64,000 nucleotides of DNA from Paragordius varius (taxonomy: Eukaryota > Animalia > Nematomorpha), in NCBI GenBank assembly GCA_964247055.1, contig OZ176052.1, positions 11,532,001-11,596,000 on the forward strand. Direction: 5' to 3'. Shown in pieces: positions 24,889-37,697 of the stretch (position 1 is its first letter; every line of letters starts with the position of its first letter). The translations under genes and the position numbers were made by a program. Below the pieces are notes generated by a model, which saw only the letters and a program-made list of their open reading frames with translations, did not search any database and was not told where the DNA came from.

Positions 24889-27234
24889 TACTAACTGGCT
24901 CTGTCGAGCTTCGCTGTGACGTAGTCTCACCGATAATTATTCTTTATAAATTGCAATAAATATAGGTAATGGAGATAAAAAATAATAATAAAAAAATGTC
25001 TTTAATTATTTTTTTACGGGTTTCATAGGCTCAAATAATGTTTACTCAAAATCGACCATATTTAAACTGTCCCTTAGTATAAATTGATGTATTTTAAGAT
25101 TTCCGTTATGGTTAAAAGTTTTATTTTGAAATTGTGTTGATACAGCTGGGATCAAGGGATATAAAAAGTAAATCATTTGTGGTCCCTTTATAAAGGAAAG
25201 AATGATATTACATAATTCCCCAGAAATGTGTTTAACTGAACTCGTATGGCCTTTTAAGTTATTAGCTCCAAAATTACGCTATTTTCGTATGGCGTCTCAG
25301 TTTTTAACCGGTAGACCCCTATCCATAGATCTATATGGAAAAAGTGCCGAGTTAAATTTGCCTTTATATGGCAAATATTTGGAATTCTCTCTGATACCAT
25401 CATAGGTTATTCGAAAAAATACTTCTAAATAATCGTTATATGATGGCGTATTTTTAAGGCATAAAGCTCCCGAATTAACGGCTTATAAAAAACCCCCTGA
25501 TTTTTATTACCTAGTTACGCGTAATATTTCAAGCTTTTAATGAGTTCCTATGGCTTAATAAATTCTGAAAATTATCCAAAACAACACAATTTCTATATAG
25601 TGGCGCAGTTTTTGTGGGTAGTCCCTAACCCAGGGGCAGGTATAAAAAAGCGTTGGGCAAAATTTTTGCCTTTACATGGGTATCTGGAATTATCATGGAT
25701 TCCATATGTTCCTATTAGACTCGTAGGTTTGCTAAAATTTGGCTCCAAAGGCTTGCTGTAACGTAATGGTGACGCAGTTTTACGCGGGTAGTTCCCTAAC
25801 CAGGCGGCTCGATTAAAATTGCCTTAATTCGGGTAATACCTGGAATCATGATTCATTCCATATGCTCTCGTTGTATTTTCGAAAAATTGCCTCAAAACCA
25901 AAAAGTCATTCTATGGTGGCGCATTTTTCAGGGCAAGGGTCTAGGTCTAATAAAACCGCTTTACTTAAATTTTTGCCTTTTTACGGATAATATTTCAAAC
26001 CCCTATTAAACCCATATGACCTGATAAGTTTTCTAAAATTTACCTCCACAATATGGCGGCGCAGTTGTTGGCGACCAGCCCCCTTTCCAGATGCCAATAT
26101 AAAAAGGACGTTCGATAAAAAATTTTGCCTTTATAGGGGAATAACCTCGAATCATCATTCATTCCTTATGTTTTTAATAGTTTTTGGAAGAATGGCTTCA
26201 GAAAAAAATAATTGTTCAATGATAGCCATTTTTAGGGCCTAAAGGGCGGAATTAACAGCTAAATTTAAAAAACCGTTCGACTTAAAATTTTGCATTTTTA
26301 CGGGTAATATTTCAAGTCCTTATTGAGCTCATATGGCCTGTAGGTTTTGTGAAAATGATCTCCTAAATAACGGAATTTCGATATGGTGGCGCAGTTTTAG
26401 GCGGGTAGTCCCTAAGAGGCTCATACAAAAAAGCGCTTGATGAAAATTTTTGCCTTTTACGGATATCTGGAATCATGATTGATTCCATATGCTCGCATTA
26501 GTTTTTGGAAAAATTGCCTCAAAACAATAAAATCATTCTATGGTTACGCATATTTTAAGGGTGTGAAGGGCCTAATTAACGGTTATTTTTAAAAGAATGT
26601 ACGACATAAATTTTTGCCTTGTTACGGGTAATATTTTAAGCACCTATTTAATTCCTATGGCCTGATAGGTTTTCTGAAATTTAGCCCCAAATGCAGGCTA
26701 TTTCGATATGATGGAGCAGTTTTTAGCGGGTATCTCCTTACCCGCCAGCCAATATAAAAAAACGCACGGCTAAAATTTTTGTCTTATAACAGGGAATATC
26801 TGGAATCCTCATTAATTTTTACGGTCTCATACCCTGGGCGAAAAATAAATTCAAAAAATTATTTTTGTGGACTTTGTTTTTTTGAAAAAAATGGCATTTT
26901 ACGGAGGAAGCGGGTAAAAAGAGGACCTAAATTAAAAAAGCGAGCCGACTATGTTTGGCGCAATCGAAAATAAGTAAAAAAAATCATATATCGAATGGTC
27001 CAACACGTTTCGGAAAATTGTCTCAACATTATTTTTGTGGACTTCTGTTTTCAAAAAAAACCGTTTTTTACACGGGGTGGGCCCGAACTGAGGACCTAAT
27101 TCAAAAAAGGGCGAAGCTATTGTCGGGGCATTCATTAATGATTATAATTTTATTTTTTCGTTTGGATTTGAATGGGTCTACTGGTTTTCCGGAAACAGAC
27201 AAAGCCACCACTTACCATTTTTATAAATATATAT
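24889..27234 (+). mobile_element. non-autonomous Helitron-like element with internal tandem array
   Basis: 5' end TACTAACTGGCTCTGTCGAGCTTCGC, 3' end CATTTTTATAAATATAT, no TSD, absent at the homologous site near 54040. The 3' module is shared with 31784-32860. About 10 degenerate internal units of about 155 bp. Confidence 0.65.
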
Positions 27235-27331
27235 ATTATAAAATTTATTACATTGAATGAATAAATCTAAATGTATTAGAAAATTAATCTATAATGATGC
27301 TGGTATTCATATACAAGTTGTGAGAACTATA

Positions 27332-28816
27332 CACTGCTCAACAAGGTTATGCATCACCCCATTTTTTGCATTTTCTGTTACCAAATGACGTGCAAAGGCC
27401 TTTTTTAAATTAAATACAAAATTAAAAATTAAATTTTAAAAGATCATATTGGCGGCCTCAATTTTTGTTCTTTACTCCACGTGTACATATATTTAAATAT
27501 TTAAACGAGCAAGTTGATACAAATGGTATTCTTGAGCCAAGTATTTTCATTTAAATTTTAGAACAAAAATGCAAATATGATCCAAATATATCAGCCGCAG
27601 TATACGATACTACAGAAGATTTTTTTTATTAACGAAGACTCTGCGAAAAATGTTATTGATGATCCATATACTAAAATTTTGTCTAAAAATGCCGTCGATC
27701 TTTATATTAAAATAAAAACTGCCTAAAATCGTTGCTGAAGGTTTGTTATCTCTTTTGCACGAGCAATACTTCTTATTGAGCGAGCCTGTTATTCGACATA
27801 GAACTAGACATTATACAATAAATAAATATTCATTTTATTAAATATATTTAAAAAATTCTATGTATTAAATAAAAGAGGATACGAAACTTTAAGAATATGG
27901 TATCAAAATTAATTAAAAGCTAGGATCCAAAGTATTGATAATCAAAAATATTTAAAATCTAAAAGGGCTAATGTATGGTGTGGTGTCCGGGCGGCTTGCA
28001 CAAGCTCTGCAGAATTCTCCAAGCAATCCTATAATTATGCCAAATATGGCAAAAGGTATACAATGAGATAGCCCGGTAGGAGAGAAGACCTGCATATAAA
28101 AAAACATAGTTAACTTCAGCAAAATCCAGGGAAATTGACATGTCAAATTAACCAATTCACAGAATAGAGTCAGACAAATGCCACCATTAAATCAGAAAAG
28201 AAGATTAGATAACTACAAGTGGCCCTATTGTAGTTCATAAAATTATGGTAGGATATTCATCATCTAGTTAATAGAAGTGGCTGCCCAACACCCATCTGAA
28301 ATTCAAATTATACTGCATCCAATCATTTTTAAAATAATTAATATCCACTAGGTATAAATAACAAGGTCTTTTTAAGATTCTACTGAAGAGAAAAACTCTA
28401 ATAAGTAATAAAAATAACCAAAACTAACAAAACAAATATAGCCTTTCTGAAAGCCAAAGTTTAAACCACAAAATGCCTATTTTAGTATTTTTTAATATAG
28501 ATTTATACGTGTTTAAAATTAGGTTTAAAAAAATAAATTTTAACGTCTATACCCGTACTATTTTTTCTCACTGATATTTAAATGACATAATATATGCAAA
28601 AAAATTTTTAACGCTCTATTTAAGGATATTTATAATATAATAACTTTTATTGATTTTCTCTCGATTTTCTCTTGTTGAAAATAAGAAAAACCCTTAATAT
28701 CTCAAAATTCTGATTGTGGAAATCAAATTATTTCAGATTCGGGTTTAAAAAACTATAATTAGTCAAAATTTTAATTTTGAGTGATGGTGCTCGAAAAAGT
28801 CCAAATTCGACTATTA
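27332..28816. mobile_element. CACT-terminated non-autonomous DNA element (second copy at 60214-61634)
   Basis: Starts CACTGCTCAACAAGG with a degraded right end. Colinear with 60214-61634 and absent from the homologous site in copy B (about 54145). Confidence 0.7.
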
Positions 28817-28924
28817 TATAAAATATATCCTAAGTTATCTGCCATCAACTTTTCAGATATGCAGTTGATATGAAACTACATTGCATGATTGTCTTTTTAT
28901 CTTACATCATATTATTATTATTAT

Positions 28925-30211
28925 TATATTTAAATTATGTGAAAGCTACAGCACAATAGAATTAATCAACCAAACCTGAAAAATATTTTTAAAAATAATA
29001 CAAAACCGTCTACAAACATATGCCAACCCGAAAATCTCAATGACACGGGCAGGCTTTAGAGAAAAAAGAGGATGCCGAGACATCTTAAACATTAGATGGA
29101 TAATGGAAAAAAACTGTGAATTCCAAAATGAGCTACACCTATGTTTTGTGGATTTCTCTAAAAAGCTTTCGTACCGATCAACACGACATTCTCTGGAAGG
29201 CCCTTAAACAAATAGGAGTTTCCGATCACTTAATAAAACTAATTAAATCCATATACTCCAACTCCTACCTATCACTTAACACCGCGCATGACCCGACCTC
29301 TTGGAGTCCAATAAACATAGGTCTGCGTCAAGGCTGCATTTTATCCCCCATGTTGTTCAACATACATTTGGAATGTAACATCAGGGATCTAAATCTGCCA
29401 GGAATAAAGTAGGAGGTCACACTCTGACGACTCTCCACTACGTAGACGACACGGTTATCTTAGCAAATTCACAAACGCACCTCGAAAACAGTCTCCGAAC
29501 TTTTAATGTGTGCAAAAAATACAATCTTACATTTAACCTCACCAAAACTAAAATATTGCATATCAACTCCCCTCATTCCTATGACTCGCTTCGGATTAAT
29601 AACGAAACAATTCAAGTAGTCAACGAATACACATACCTTGGAAGCATTATCAAAAACTCAAGCTCCAGTTCCCAAGAAATAAGAAGACGCATAGCTATCG
29701 CCAAATGCGCTCTAGCCTCACACTACAAGATATGGAAATCTCATGACATAACCCTTAAAACAAACGACTAATAAACGCATTAATATTTCCTATCATGTTA
29801 TACGGATGTGAAAGCTGGACTATCAAAAGTGAAGACAGAAAAAGAATAAACGCTTTTGAAATGTTTTGCTGGAGAAAAATACTTGGTATAACATGGAAGG
29901 ACAAAATAAAGAACATCGACATCGTAAATAAAATTAACGCACAAACAACGCTTCGGGGTAAAATAATAAAACAAAAATTCGGTTACTTTGGACATATTAT
30001 TCGGGGATATTCTTTGGAAAAGGATATTATGTTAGGAAAAGTAAATGGTAAGAGAGGAAGAGGACGCAGACGTATTCGCTGGGTGACGAAATCTTATCAC
30101 TTTCCAACTGCAAAAACTATCTCAAAAAGCTCACGACAGAACCGAATGGAGTAAGTTTTCCTACAAAATCGCTAATGGTCGATAATCGACTACAAGCTCA
30201 ACAACAACAAC
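28925..30211 (+). mobile_element. 5'-truncated RTE-clade LINE (degenerate RT) at the duplication junction
   Basis: Frames give AGFREKRGCRD...LCFVD, GLRQGCILSPMLFN, HYVDDTVI, YTYLGS and MLYGCESWTIKSEDRKRINAFEMFCWR...GKRGRGRRRIRW, with stops and frameshifts and a (CAA)n tail. Confidence 0.92.
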
Positions 30212-31041
30212 AGTTTGTAAAAAATCATCTCAAACTCTTCAATTCGGATTTCTCTAATAATTAATTGCTAAAATAATATAACTAGCTCAAAATTCAAAAT
30301 TATTTTATCAGAAAATATTAATATTAATAGATCAGTCGTTGTATTAGTTGGATTAAAAAAAAATTTTATAAAAATATTTACCATAATAAGTGCAAAATTG
30401 CCTTTTTTATAATTGAGCGAATTCCGCAATCATGCAAATATCAGACAATAATTTTTTTGCCGCCACCAATCCAAATATCTTGCAAACCACAAGGCTTATT
30501 ACGATTCATATTCATCTGCGCTGCCGAATTTTATAAAAGGCTTTGCCATATTTTTTAATTTTGTTAATATTTGGGTTTTATATTGAATAAGGGCGGAAAT
30601 ATTTTGAAATTTTATCCCAAAAATTATAAAAAACAGGTATTAAATATTTTCATACTATCCGGCCCCTGTCACATGTCGTTGGCACTTAATCGATAATTAA
30701 TCAGTAATTCAGTATACTTTTTCTGCAATAAACAGAAAAGGGTTCAGTCAAATGATTTTTATGTTTGAACTCGTTAATTGTTCGGTCATAACCATATTTA
30801 ATCTAAAAAGGTCTTGATTAAATTTTTTCTTTACAATGGCCTATAAGGGATTTATTGAATATATGCGGTATCTGCCTTGCCATAAATGCTTATCAACGTT
30901 ATCTTTATTTTTATATGGAGGAGATAACATGGGAAAATGCCGTACTCAAGGAAACGCACTCAACTAACTTTTTTTATGCATAAAATTCCTAAAATCATAT
31001 TGTATATAGATTCATAACTAAACATTGCTTTAAAGTTACCT

Positions 31042-31464
31042 TCTCCCGGTCACCACATATAGTTGGGAGACTGGACTCTCAGAAAAAGAGACAAAGAAAG
31101 GCTCATGGCTTTCGAAAGGAGCTGCTGGCGTATGCTAGGATACACCTGGAAGGATAAATTTAAGAATAATCCAACTACAGAAATAAAGCCTAAAACAAAC
31201 ATCCTGGAGATAATTCTAAAAAGAAAGTTAACATATTTTGGTCCTGTCATGCGATCGAATTCTCTAGAGAAAGATACAATGTTTGGGAAGGTAGAAGGAC
31301 AAAGGAAACGAGGCCGACCACGGATGAGGTGGTTGGATATGATAAAAGAGGAGACTAAAATGACATTGAACGTCTCAATCTAGCGGTAAAATAGAAGAAA
31401 GTGGAAAGAAATAGTGAAAACTATATCCAAAAAATCGTTTACGACTTAGGAATACCAACCAACC
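31042..31464 (+). mobile_element. RTE-clade LINE 3' fragment
   Basis: WTLRKRDKERLMAFERSCWRMLG...FGKVEGQRKRGRPRMRWLD with a (CCAA)n tail. It replaces about 35 bp relative to the empty site at about 18030-18068. Confidence 0.88.
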
Positions 31465-31783
31465 AGAGCCCTAACCAAAACTTTGTAGTAACCCATTTAA
31501 GATGGTCTCACAGCGCTGATAGTTTTTGGCTTTATACTGGAATAACCTAAAACAACTATGATTTTATATATTTTTGGGACTTGGCGAAATTTGCTAGTTT
31601 GTTTCACGGAATCATTTTAGGGGGAAACGGATGAATTCAAGGGTAATTTTAATAAGTGGCCGACTATGTTCGGCGCAATCAAACATAAAATAAATATTAT
31701 TAAATTTGAATGATCCTATACCTTTTCCGGAAAATTGACTTAAATTTAACATTCTCTATATAAAAATATGGATATTTATTTTA

Positions 31784-32860
31784 TACTAGCGTAAATCTCG
31801 TGCTGCTACGCAGCCCGAGGAAGTCCTTTGGACTTCTGGGGGGGGGGGGGGGGGGGTTATTTGAAAGGGACAATAAATTGATCTACATATGTGGATTATT
31901 TCGAAACATTATTTAATAGCTATTCTCATAGGAATCTTAAAACGGTGCTTCATACTAATTTATTGCTTACTTGGGGTAAAAATAGATTTAAAAAATTATT
32001 TTTGTGGACTTTGTTTTTTGAAAAAAATGGCATTTAACAGGGGTAGCGGGTAAAAAGAGGGCCTAAATCAAAAAAGTGAGTCGACTATGTTCAGCGCGAT
32101 CAAAAATAAGTAAACAAAAATCATATTTGAAATTGAATGGTATAACACGTTCTCCAAAAAATTGACTTAACCCATTTTTCACACGGGGTGGGCCCGAACT
32201 GGGGACCTAATTCCAAAAAAGGGCAAAGCTATTGTCGGGGCACTCATTAATGATTATATTTTTTTGATGTTTGGATTTGAATGGGTCTACCGGTTTTCCG
32301 GAAACAGATCACAAAGTTACATGAGAAATCAGTTTTTCGCGGGTAGCTCCTTACCCAGCAGCTATCATCAAAAAAACGCTTGGCGAAAATTTTTCCCTTT
32401 TAACAGGGAATACGTGGAATCCATATTGAAATTTTACGGTCTCATACCTTGGTCGAAAAATAGATTTAAAAAAATATTTTTGTGGACTTTGTTTTTTGAA
32501 AAAGGTGGCATTTTACGGGGGGAGCGGGTAAAAAGAGGGCCTAAATCAAAAAAGTGACTCGACTATGTTTGGCGCAATCGAAAATAACTAAATAAAAATC
32601 ATATTTAAAATTGAATGGTCCAACACGTTCTCCGGAAAATTGTCTCAAAGACACGATTTTTGTGGACTTTCGTTTTCAAAAAAAAACCGTTTTCACACGG
32701 GGTGGGCCCGAACTGGGGGCCTATTTCAAAAAAAGGGCGAAGCTATTGTCGGGGCATTCATTAATGATTATATTTTTTCAATGTTTGGATTTGAATGGGT
32801 CTACCGGTTTTCCTGTACCAGATCACAAAGCCAGCATTTTCCATTTTTATAAATATATAG
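31784..32860 (+). mobile_element. non-autonomous Helitron-like element, duplicated 3' module
   Basis: 5' TACTAGC, 3' TTTTATAAATATATAG, no TSD, absent at about 18380 in copy A. A module of about 478 bp is present twice (e.g. 32049 and 32527) and matches 26870-27230. Confidence 0.65.
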
Positions 32861-32876
32861 ATTTCATACTTTATAG

Positions 32877-34860
32877 CAGTGGTCACCAAAAAAATTTGAC
32901 GGGTCAAATAAAATATATTGTTTTATCTAGGGCCATGAACCTTATAATGGCAAATATTCCATAGCTATTTGACACATATGCACATATACTCTAAATCAAA
33001 TGAATCTATTAAAAAATTAAAATATTTTGATAACAACATTTTACTAACTAATATTTTTTGACAATTTCGGTTTCATGACGGGCCAAGCTTAATATACGTC
33101 GTGCATATGATCATCGGTTAAGCGATTTCTATATGTATTCTTGGCATACTTCATTTTTGAATATGCCGTCTCACACGTCTAAGTTGAGGGAAAAACAGTT
33201 AGGATAACTTGAGAACATTTTTTATATTTCCATATTTATTTGGCACATCTTGCCAAAACTCTAAATATCTTTCTTCTCTACGATTCTCCTTGAATATAGC
33301 CTCCAAATTGAAATCATTTTTAAAATCTACGAAGTCTTCAATGATATGCGCCTGATAAACCGAAATGCTCAAGTTGCTTAACATTGGATATATCCATATG
33401 CCATGGATATACGAGTTTTAGACAATTTTTAATATTTCTTAATTCTTGAAATCTAAATTTCATTTCTTTAGATAAAAATGTTGAATGATTGTCTATAATT
33501 AAAATAATCTTCGCGGTTAATTCCATATTTTCTTCATGAATCGTTTTAAGTGTTGGAATATATAGGAGTGTTTTATTAATAAAATCTTGTTTATTTTTTA
33601 TTAATTTTTCTTCAAAAGCAATATATGATTAGCAGATTGGGTTATTATTTTGCTCACTTGAAGACTTGAATTAAAAATAATAAGTTTAAAATTAATGTCG
33701 CAAAGGTAGGCTAATAAAGCACACCATTTGTCACTATTAATTTCCTCATCGGACTTTCTGTTATCTTTTATAAATAATAGAATTTCATGTCTTAAAACAA
33801 AAAATCTATTTAATACTTAATTTAGCCATCTCACAGCGGTGTACATAATCAAACTCACTGTGGATATCTTTCAGAAGGTGTTTGAATTTACGGCGGATGA
33901 ATTCTCTGCCACGGATGTGGTTAACTTTATCCACAACCGTTTAATTACTGAATTGAGTGATTCATCTTTTACACGTGAAACCAAGTTTTGCTGATGAATA
34001 AAGCAATTTCGCAAATTATATTTATTTTTTAAAGAGGAATAAATTTTTTGTTTATTCCAATCATAGAGGCACAGCCATCTGTGCAGATCGAAACCAATTT
34101 TTCATAGATATACCATTATTATCAAAAAAATTGCTAATTATTTCGAGAAAATCACTTCATTTCGTGGTATTATTCATTGGTAAAAATTTTAAATATTCCT
34201 GTTAGATTATATTGTCGTTAAAAAATCTCACGAAGAGCGCATATAGATATGTCTTTCAATATTGTATTATAATTATGTAAGGCAGGTAATAATATTTTTA
34301 TTTTAGGGCAAAGAATTTTTCTGACCATTCTTTTTTAAGATTTTTATCGGATAATTTACGTTTTTAGCATCAGATGTCATCCTTTGAATTTATGTTTAAC
34401 TATGTAAATTTTTTCAAAAAAATAGGAATATAATTTGAATTATGCTATAAAAAACAGGTCGAAATTTAATGATGTTGATATATTTTATGGAAATGATTTA
34501 TAAAAAATGGCAGGATAGCAATGAATAGAATATGTATTGGGTGAAAGGATAGCTTAAATACAAAAAAAAGGAATGCAAAAAAATTTTAAATAGAAAAGAA
34601 AATAGAATACAGAAACAACGAGTGCCAAAATTTTGAAATCCTTTTAATGGAGATAATTCTAGATTCAAATTGGGTGAAAAATAAAAATTACCAAAAAATC
34701 TAAAGAAAATAAATTAATATTAAAATAAGCAAAAATTCGTTTGTGTATATTAAAAATTCATCAATAAAAAAATAATTTAAGTATCAATATGGTTATAGGG
34801 CAATTTTAAAGCACTCTTAGGGTCGCATGCGGCCCGCGGGCCGCGGGTTGAGTATCACTG
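32877..34860 (-). mobile_element. decayed hAT (Charlie/GTF2IRD2-like) transposon
   Basis: TIRs CAGTGGTCACCAA / TTGAGTATCACTG and TSD CTTTATAG/ATTTATAG. Minus-strand remnants ICTDGCASM, CFIHQQNL, EMKFRFQE and FPST*TCETAYSKMKYAKNTYRNRLTDDH. Confidence 0.88.
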
Positions 34861-34919
34861 ATTTATAGGGTATCGACGATATTTGGATTACTAGTCTTTT
34901 ATATTATTTTAGTGTAAAG

Positions 34920-36001
34920 CAGGGTTTCTTAAACTATAAGTCGTTGGGGTGGCGTAGCAAAATTATGGGGTCGCGAGTGATAAAATTACAATTAAACAAA
35001 AAATGTTTTTTTAACTTGTAAAATTATTGTAAAGAAAAATAATAATCATCGTAGATAAATATATCATAATTTCTGGTTCGGAAAGACTGTTTATACCAGA
35101 ATTTCTTTTGTGATCATCATATTATCTTGTATAAATTTACTATGAATCAGTAAATGTTATTAATTCAAACGTAAAATTGAAAGTTCTATTAAAAAATCAG
35201 CATTTGGAAAAGTAGGGTCAAAAAAAATTCGTTCTAAATGTTTTCCAGTGTCGACAATTTTGGAATTGAGAAAATTCATTGCAAAACTTTTATTGCAAAA
35301 ACCATTGTAGATCACTTAAAAGCGCTAGAAATACAGTTCCGGACATATTTTATATTAAATATTGATTTACAAAAAATAGTTTGGATTCAAAAGCATTGGA
35401 TTGGCTTAAGTGAGATCGATCATCTGCCACTTAAAGCTCAAGAAGAATTTGGTGAGCTTTCGTCCTTGGTTGAATTCTGGATCGGAACTAGAACTGAATT
35501 TTCCACAATCGCCGATATGGCGTTAAATGTACTTCTGCCATTCAACACCACATATTTATGTGAAGTTACTTTCTCAGCTTTAACACACATTATCGTTTAG
35601 CGATAAAAAATGTTAAAGAGGTCTTACGTCCAGCAGTTTCAAACATTACACCAAGATTTGATTTGTTATGCAATAAAAAAACAGGCACATCTATCTCATT
35701 AAATTTTTAACCTAAACTTAAATTTAGTATTTAATACTAAACTACTTGGATATATTTGAGAAAATTAAGACTCTCAGAATTCACTTTTGTTTTTGAAACT
35801 ATAATAAAAACATTTCTATAACATTTCAAAATTCAATTTAGATTATTATAGTTTCAAAACGAATTTTAAATTTTATATATTCATATGCATGTGTATATTG
35901 TTACCTAATAAATATATCATTAAAAATTATCAATTTATATTTCTTTTATATTTATTAATCATAAATGGGGTCGCTAATTACTAAAAGTTTAAGAAGCCCT
36001 G
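34920..36001 (+). mobile_element. internally deleted hAT (Buster/ZBED5-like) transposon
   Basis: TIRs CAGGGTTTCTTAAACT / AGTTTAAGAAGCCCTG and a perfect 8-bp TSD GTGTAAAG. Transposase C-terminal remnant FWIGTRTEFSTIADMALNVLLPFNTTYLCEVTFSAL (35238-35600). Confidence 0.92.
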
Positions 36002-36411
36002 GTGTAAAGAGAAAATGGTGCTTAAAACTTACGATCAATCACAAGCACTGTGCAGTTTAATACTGTAAAAAATCTACCATCACCCTTTCATTTAAATTAA
36101 GGTCAACTTTAAAGCAATTTTTAAAGTTATGAGATCACTGGACTATAATAGAGATAAAAATTGATTTCTTATAAGGCCTTAAGGTTTGGCCCTATCCCGA
36201 AAATAAGTTAAAATCGTTATTAAAAATTGCGTTTTGTCGAAAGAAATTCCCAAAATAGAATATTTTTATAAAATTATGTTCCTAGTACTTTATTTAGGTT
36301 TCAAAAATCGTGAATGCTTTTTATTCCCTCAAGTTTTGACTCAGAAATACAATCAAGATTTTGTGCATCTTTCAGGAAAATGTTTGGAATCGATTGATGT
36401 GTTTAACTTTC

Positions 36412-36739
36412 TGTTATGTTTAATAACTTAATTGTTTTTGTTAACTTAACTCAATTGATCTTAATTGGTTACCTTATGAAAATATAATATTATCGTTTCT
36501 TACCTTTGTGCATAATACACCTTTGTCCTTGTTACGCTAAAAATGTATATTATCTTGGTTGTGAATCCTTTCACCTAAATACTGTAATTGAACCTTATGC
36601 AAATATATAACTTGGTTGTGAATTTCATCTAAATATTGAAATATTTAATTTTATGCAAAAATGCAACCTCGCTCTAAAACTATATATAATGGAATATAAT
36701 TTTTTATGAGATAATAAATTCCTTTTCTCGCTTATTACA
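36412..36739 (+). repeat. 5' LTR (328 bp)
   Basis: TGTTATG...TTATTACA, roughly 90% identical by eye to 40713-41041. Confidence 0.93.
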
Positions 36740-36779
36740 TTGGCGCGGTCAATTTTTTTATTGCGCGGTATTCATTATT

Positions 36780-37697
36780 ATGGAAAAAATAAGTATTGAA
36801 AGTTATATAATCAATAATAATTTTACGGAATATATTAAATATTTAGGAAGAAATTTAGTAATTACAGGAATACAGTATAATAATGAAAATATTAAAGCCA
36901 TCTTTCTTGCCCAATCTGGTATTGATAACATTTGTAAAATGGAACAATTCTTTTACCCCGTTAATATTGAAAACATATCTTGGGAGGAGATTTATGAAGC
37001 TGGGGTGAAAATATTTCAGCCAACCAAAAATACTTTTTTAGCCCGATTCGATTTTTTTAGAGCGGAACGATTAGCGGGTGAAGGATCCTTGGAATTTTTT
37101 ATAAGACTCAAAAATTTAGCCGCCGCATGCGAGTTCAAAGGAAACGTTGACGAACTAATACGGGACGTATTTATATGTGGGTTAAAGGAAAAAAAACTAG
37201 AGACTAAACTACTTAACAGGTACCCAAGGGCATTAGATAACGACATACCAGTGGGATTAAATAAGGTTCTAAATTTGGCATTAGCATATGAAAATTCTCA
37301 CCTGGAAGTGAACTCAGTGAAAGCAATATATAATAATGATAACATAGAAAGTATTAATGGTAATAATAATGGTATTACTAATGGTAATAATAATGAAACT
37401 TATAATGATGGTAATATTTATAATAATGAAATATATCTGGTAAGACGCAAATCTGGCGTAAAATCGTGTTTTAAATGCGGTCGCACCCACAAATACGGAT
37501 GCTGCCCAGCTTTTGGGAAGGTATGTTTCAAATGTCAGGGTAGAAATCATTTCGGCAGCCAATGCCAAAACACATATGCTAGCAATAACAGGTATGTGAA
37601 TAATATCGTAAATAAACCTAAAATAAATGTAAAAAAAAACTCAACCCACGTCGAAATGTTATTCGACACGGGGGCCGACATCTTTTGTAAATTTTAG
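36780..37697 (+). pseudogene. Gypsy gag with two zinc knuckles, running into the protease motif
   Basis: FFIRLKNLAAACEF...IRDVFICGL, CFKCGRTH..C and CFKCQGRNHFGSQC, then MLFDTGADI followed by a frame disruption. Confidence 0.9.

Larger units (their letters stand above)
17204..28854. repeat. Tandem segmental duplication, copy A
   Basis: Colinear homology with 30212-54180 from AGTTTGTAAAAAATCATCTCAAACTC to TAAGTTATCTGCCATCAACTTTTC once TE insertions are removed. Confidence 0.88.

Noticed and set aside
24889-27234. CRISPR-like regularly spaced repeats
   Set aside because: Units are degenerate along their whole length, with no constant repeat/unique spacer pattern and no cas genes. The context is a eukaryotic TE.
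25202-27260. Short ORFs in the Helitron-like elements (also 32264-32964)
   Set aside because: No Rep/helicase motifs, and frames are not conserved between repeat units or copies.
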